A stretch of DNA of 64,000 nt from contig NW_002060948.1 of NCBI RefSeq assembly GCF_000150275.1, positions 5,892,411 to 5,956,410 of the forward strand. Reading direction: 5' to 3'. The translations under genes were made by a program, and so were the position numbers. Shown in pieces: positions 59,380-64,000 of this stretch. The DNA comes from Trichoplax adhaerens. Lineage: Eukaryota; Animalia; Placozoa. Numbering within the stretch: position 1 is the first letter of the stretch; every line of letters begins with the position of its first letter. The notes below the pieces were generated by a model that saw only the letters and a list, made by a program, of their open reading frames with translations, ran no database searches and was not told the origin of the DNA.

Positions 59380-62039
59380 ATGTATGATAGGTCCCTAAGT
59401 TAGTTGGGAACACGAGTACTAGTAAAGATAGTGTTTAAGACCCGTTTTCTAGTTACAAAGGAGATTTGCAACAGTGAGCGATACTCTATCGTTATTTTAT
59501 ATTTTAGTTATTGCTTTTTAACATATAAAATTATTGTATAAGCAAGATCTAAGTATCTTGTTTAGCTTATTAGTAGTGCTCGATAAAAGTTACCGTAGTG
59601 GTATTAACAAAACGATATGAAAAACAGCACATCTTTTAAGGATCTGTAATAATAAGTCCTATGAAAGTACCGTATAAGATTACTTTGGACTCAATTTCAC
59701 TGTACAATCTTTTAGTTATGATAATCTTTAATTAACATGCAATGTAGAAAAAGATCCAACTTCAGTATGCCTGGTTGTATCTAATTACAAAATCATTTTC
59801 GATGAAGGCATTCAGTAAATGACAAGCAGAATTCTACTTTGAGCTCACGTAATTTATAGAGGAAAATACCTTTAATTTTAATGACAAATAAACGGGTAAA
59901 AGGACTACGATAAAAGCAAGATATGAGTATAAACATTGAAATTAAAAGTATTAATACAAGAGAGCACCAATACTGCCGTGGCAAATCAAACTATCAAAAA
60001 TTACAAACTCGAATCACTCACAATCACCGAAGGAAAGGAGTATTCCGTATCATTTGAAATTCTTAATAACTTCTTGACTTCTCTCCTTCTAAACCACTAA
60101 ATTGCATTCCTTTTTCATACTAATCTGCGTCATTGTATTTGTCTAACTTCGAAGTCATAATTTTATTCTACTGTTTAAGCATTTCTAGTTCTATTATTGC
60201 AACTAATCACACAAGCTTAGATAGAATTTATCTTATCATTCTCTTCTACATGAAGCTGGAAAACTTATCATGTATTAATTTCTGTTGATACTTTTAACGT
60301 ATGCGATACTATATTAACCGAATGGACACATTTCCAAACGGCTAAATTAAAAGAAACAGCTTTGAATACCAACTTAAGTTAACTTTAGCGGAAAACCCAA
60401 TTTATTGTAACTGTTAATAATAATCTTACAAAATTACTTAAAAGAATTAGAGAAGGACAGAGCTACTGCCTTCATCAATCAAACTATCAAGAAAATGCGA
60501 GATTACTTATGATTTTAGGTATATCCTGACCTTTACCTTCTTCACTACACGTCATCGCTTTTACACTACTAAACAACGCTACCTTCCATAAGCTATACAG
60601 AATAGTTTGTGGTAACAAGCTATTAACTTATCACTCTAAAGTATTCTAAATAAAACTAGCAATTAATTACTGTAGTGATAGCCGATAAAACACTACTCTG
60701 GATTCCTGAAATTACTACATTAACTACGCCATACGGAATATATCTATAAAAATATACCAAGACAGGCCCGATAATCTTAAATATGAACGCAGATCAGAAC
60801 GTTCGGGTTCTTATTGTGTTCTATCGTGAAGTAAAATAAGTTCTGCTGTATTTATAATCAAATTAGCTATATGCGTATGTTGTTGTGTATCATAACTAAA
60901 GCACTCATGAAATGCCAACTAAATAAAACTTAAATTACAATCTAACATCGTATAATTCTTAACAAAATAATGTTACCGAATATTCTTAAATTCTTGCCAG
61001 AATGAAGTAGTCGGGTTCACAATATACTAAAAATACTAAGTAATATCTAGTGTAACCAAACAAATAAGTTAATATTTAAGCTACAGTGCTTATTACAATA
61101 CAAAAACTAGAAAGAGAATCCTAAACCCAACTTTCATTACATACTATAAGATAACATTTATTGCATTAGTAAACTAAATTAGCCACAGTTATAAACGCTA
61201 CCGTATGTTATAATACCTATCACTAACCGTCGATTTCGTAAAGACAAAAATTACTTGTACAATACAATTTTATGAAGAAGAATTCTAGTTATTAACTTTC
61301 ATTATAATTAGACAGTGAATTAACGAGTAGCTCGATTTTCAATTAAAGATGAAATAGAACAAGTTGCTAGCATTATCTGTATCTATAACATATAGTTAGA
61401 AAAATCTGTCCATGATTGTCAAGGAAATATCGGCCTAGAGACTTAGTGGTAAAAAGATACATAGGCACTAGCTAATTGCTAGTAGATGTGAAATCTACCA
61501 TTAAAAGCGTGCATAAGACCTTGCAATTGGAAATTTAAATGCAATCCTAAAATTGGTATGGCCAATACTGTAGCTGCTATAGTCTATCAGCTATCGTTTT
61601 TTTCTTCTACATACAATTTCTACCTATAGGCGAAATGTTGTCAACTAATAAAGTTCCGGTATCTTGCCGTCAATGAAAATAATTGCTTTCTTGTTCCATC
61701 TTCACGTAGATTATCGTAATCATTTACGAAACGCTCTTGCGTTGAAACTCTTAATGGTTTCGTACCATGAAATAAAATACTATACGCTTATGGTTGGAAT
61801 ATACCATTAAGAATTGAATGCGCACGAATTAGTGAGTCTTTCAGAAGAATTTTAAAATTTGAACATCAATAAAATTGGATAGTCCATATCTTAATGTCGC
61901 TAACTTTGCATACGAGTTCTTTAACAAATTACAGTAAGTTTTCATCAAAGAGTTATTTCGATTGATTATATTTGCAGTTATCGCTAGTGGAATATTAGAC
62001 TTTCAATTATTATAAAAATGATTTGCTTCTTTTTCTTTA

Positions 62040-64000
62040 TTAAGTCGAGAAATCATTCACAATTCTATCATGACCGTTAGTTTCGTCACCTGAACCATTA
62101 CTTTCCTGTCCTTCATCTATCAATTTCTTTCTTTTATTAACGATGTAATGAAGTACATCTGTATGCACCTCTTGGGATTCCCCGGAATTTAATTTTTCCT
62201 CAACTTGATTTAGACAGTCATTTAAAGCCTGGTTTTGCTTTTTAATCTTATCAAGTTTCTTTTGTAACTCTCTCAACTGAGTTTTCTGTCGGTCCACTTT
62301 CTTCATTAATTGAGTATCACTTCTCTCTGCATCCTCTCTACTCGCTCTTGTGGTACATTGACGTTGCAATTCAATATCCGGTATTTGAAGAGACTTAAAA
62401 ATTGGTATCAAATCTTCTGGTATCAAAATTCGGCTACACCTTCTTAGGAAGGCAATCATCTCTGAATTGAGTTTAGGTAGAGATGGATAAATTGCAGTAT
62501 AAAAAGTCACTAAATCATGTCCTCTCATTTTTAATATTACTTTAGGATAAGACAAGGTACTAGTAATACCATTCCCGAAAGACACATTTTCTGTTGATTT
62601 TATCAGCTCATAAACGTCGTGTGAATCCTCTCTCTTCTTGAAAAGATCATTTCTGTTACTCCTTAATTTATCGATAGACTTGACAATTTTTCGGGCATAA
62701 ACGATTAGCTCTTTTAGGACATCATTGCATTTTGTACTCTCACGGATTTTCTTCGCATATTCTACTAGCTTCCCTTTATTACAAACAACTTTACAGGTTT
62801 CCTCGAAATCTTTCATTATCAATTCTTTATTTGATACTCCTGTCTCATTTTCAAGATCTTCATGCAGTAATACCAAGTTTTCAAGACACTCTTTAAATTT
62901 CTTTTGGATTTTGATGAATTCTTCTATCGCATCAACTAGCTTTTTGGTTATAACGTTGATAATTTCTTGCAATACTTTGGCCAAATCAGCAGTGTCTCCT
63001 TTGCCGAAAAATCCAGATAAACAATCAGGATGTTTTGTTGCAGAAAGATTATGATTTATTTCCTTTTGGATTTCTTCTCCTTTCTTGCGGTCTCTCAAAT
63101 AATAATATATATAAATTGGATCATAAAGATAGTTTTCTATACTATATCTCCTTAAGCATTGAATATTATATAATTGGGGATCTTCTTGATTGTCGTTATC
63201 AACTAGCCCAAATACAAATTCCCTTAAACTCTGATCTTCATCTTCCTCATTGACACAACATTTCACAATATTTTCCACTAAAGCTCGACATGAATTCTCA
63301 ATCATCTTACTGCCACTTTTATCTGAAGGGTCTTGCCTTTTTTTCTGCCTGCTAGCAGACATGAACAGCAACGGATAATCATTCGCGATTAAGCGTTCAC
63401 TAGTTAATTTGTCTTGAATCATTTGGTAAAATATTCTATCATCAGTAGCTTCAACGAAGACGATTCGAAAAGGTAAATTGACATGGACAAATTCTGCAGT
63501 TAATAATTGTATTGCTTACCGCTTACTAGCAGCCTTTTCAATTTTGGCCTCTTTGGTTATATTATCTTCTGACAGGATATAGACACTGCCTTCGGGTGCA
63601 AGACTGACTGTTGTAGGGGAATGAGTAGTCATAATAACCTGAATACCAAGCTTGGATATCAATTTAGATTTAATCGTTTCAATGATGTCTTTAACTAAAC
63701 TTGGGTGAAGATGGGCATCCGGTTCATCGAGTAAAATGATTCCGCTAACATTGGTTTTTGCCAAATTCTTACTTCCGAATAGCCACAACAACGATAACAG
63801 TTCTAACCGTTCGGCGGGAGATAGTTGAACTTGAAAAACAGGTATGCTGAAAGGTACTCTTTTTTGGCATATTAATTCCTCATTCTCAATTATATTTATA
63901 TCATACTTAAATCTATTTTTATGTAAATGTCTATTGACATCGTAAAGCGTGTTATCCATTTGCAAAAAATAGCGTATGTAGTCTTTCCATGAACCGTAGG
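62040..64000 (-). CDS. Intronless ABC-type ATPase (AAA_15/AAA_21-like) fused to a TOPRIM (DUF4435/OLD-like) domain plus coiled coil; one in-frame TAA; 5' end outside window
   Basis: One reading frame from the window edge to 62040: signature LSPAER, Walker B IILLDEPD, AHLHP, H-loop MTTHSP, then TAA at 63518-63516, then in-frame IVFVEATDD, FGLVDND and RRYSIENYL. Confidence 0.8.

Noticed and set aside
59793-60160. Coding-like minus-strand stretch
   Set aside because: Multiple stops and no recognisable homology; cannot support a call.
62725-63253. Plus-strand ORFs of 109 and 72 aa
   Set aside because: Antisense shadows of the ATPase/TOPRIM frame.

Overview
AT-rich, compact, intron-dense animal genomic DNA. 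The short introns, (TACAG/TACTG)n tracts and gene content suggest a basal metazoan such as a placozoan (inference). Spliced genes reconstructed by eye: an MS4A/CD20-like four-TM gene, ADSS, NAA40, SNRPF, mitochondrial IleRS (IARS2), TEDC1, the first exon of PACS, a second MS4A-like cluster (one intact gene, two pseudogenes), an EGF-SRCR-SRCR secreted protein, a 5'-truncated mitofusin-like GTPase, and an intronless bacterial-type ABC-ATPase/TOPRIM gene running off the right edge. Main result: the ORF-free interval between SNRPF and IARS2 (~18890-19310, + strand) contains a complete candidate telomerase RNA gene. It has the template CCUAACCCUAAC, a template-boundary hairpin, a pseudoknot, a P1 closing helix, a CR4/5 junction with P6.1, and box H/ACA, all in the canonical order. 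Several tandem repeat arrays, an inverted repeat pair, a U12-type intron and two 50-N assembly gaps are also present. All structures and homologies were judged by eye; no searches were run.
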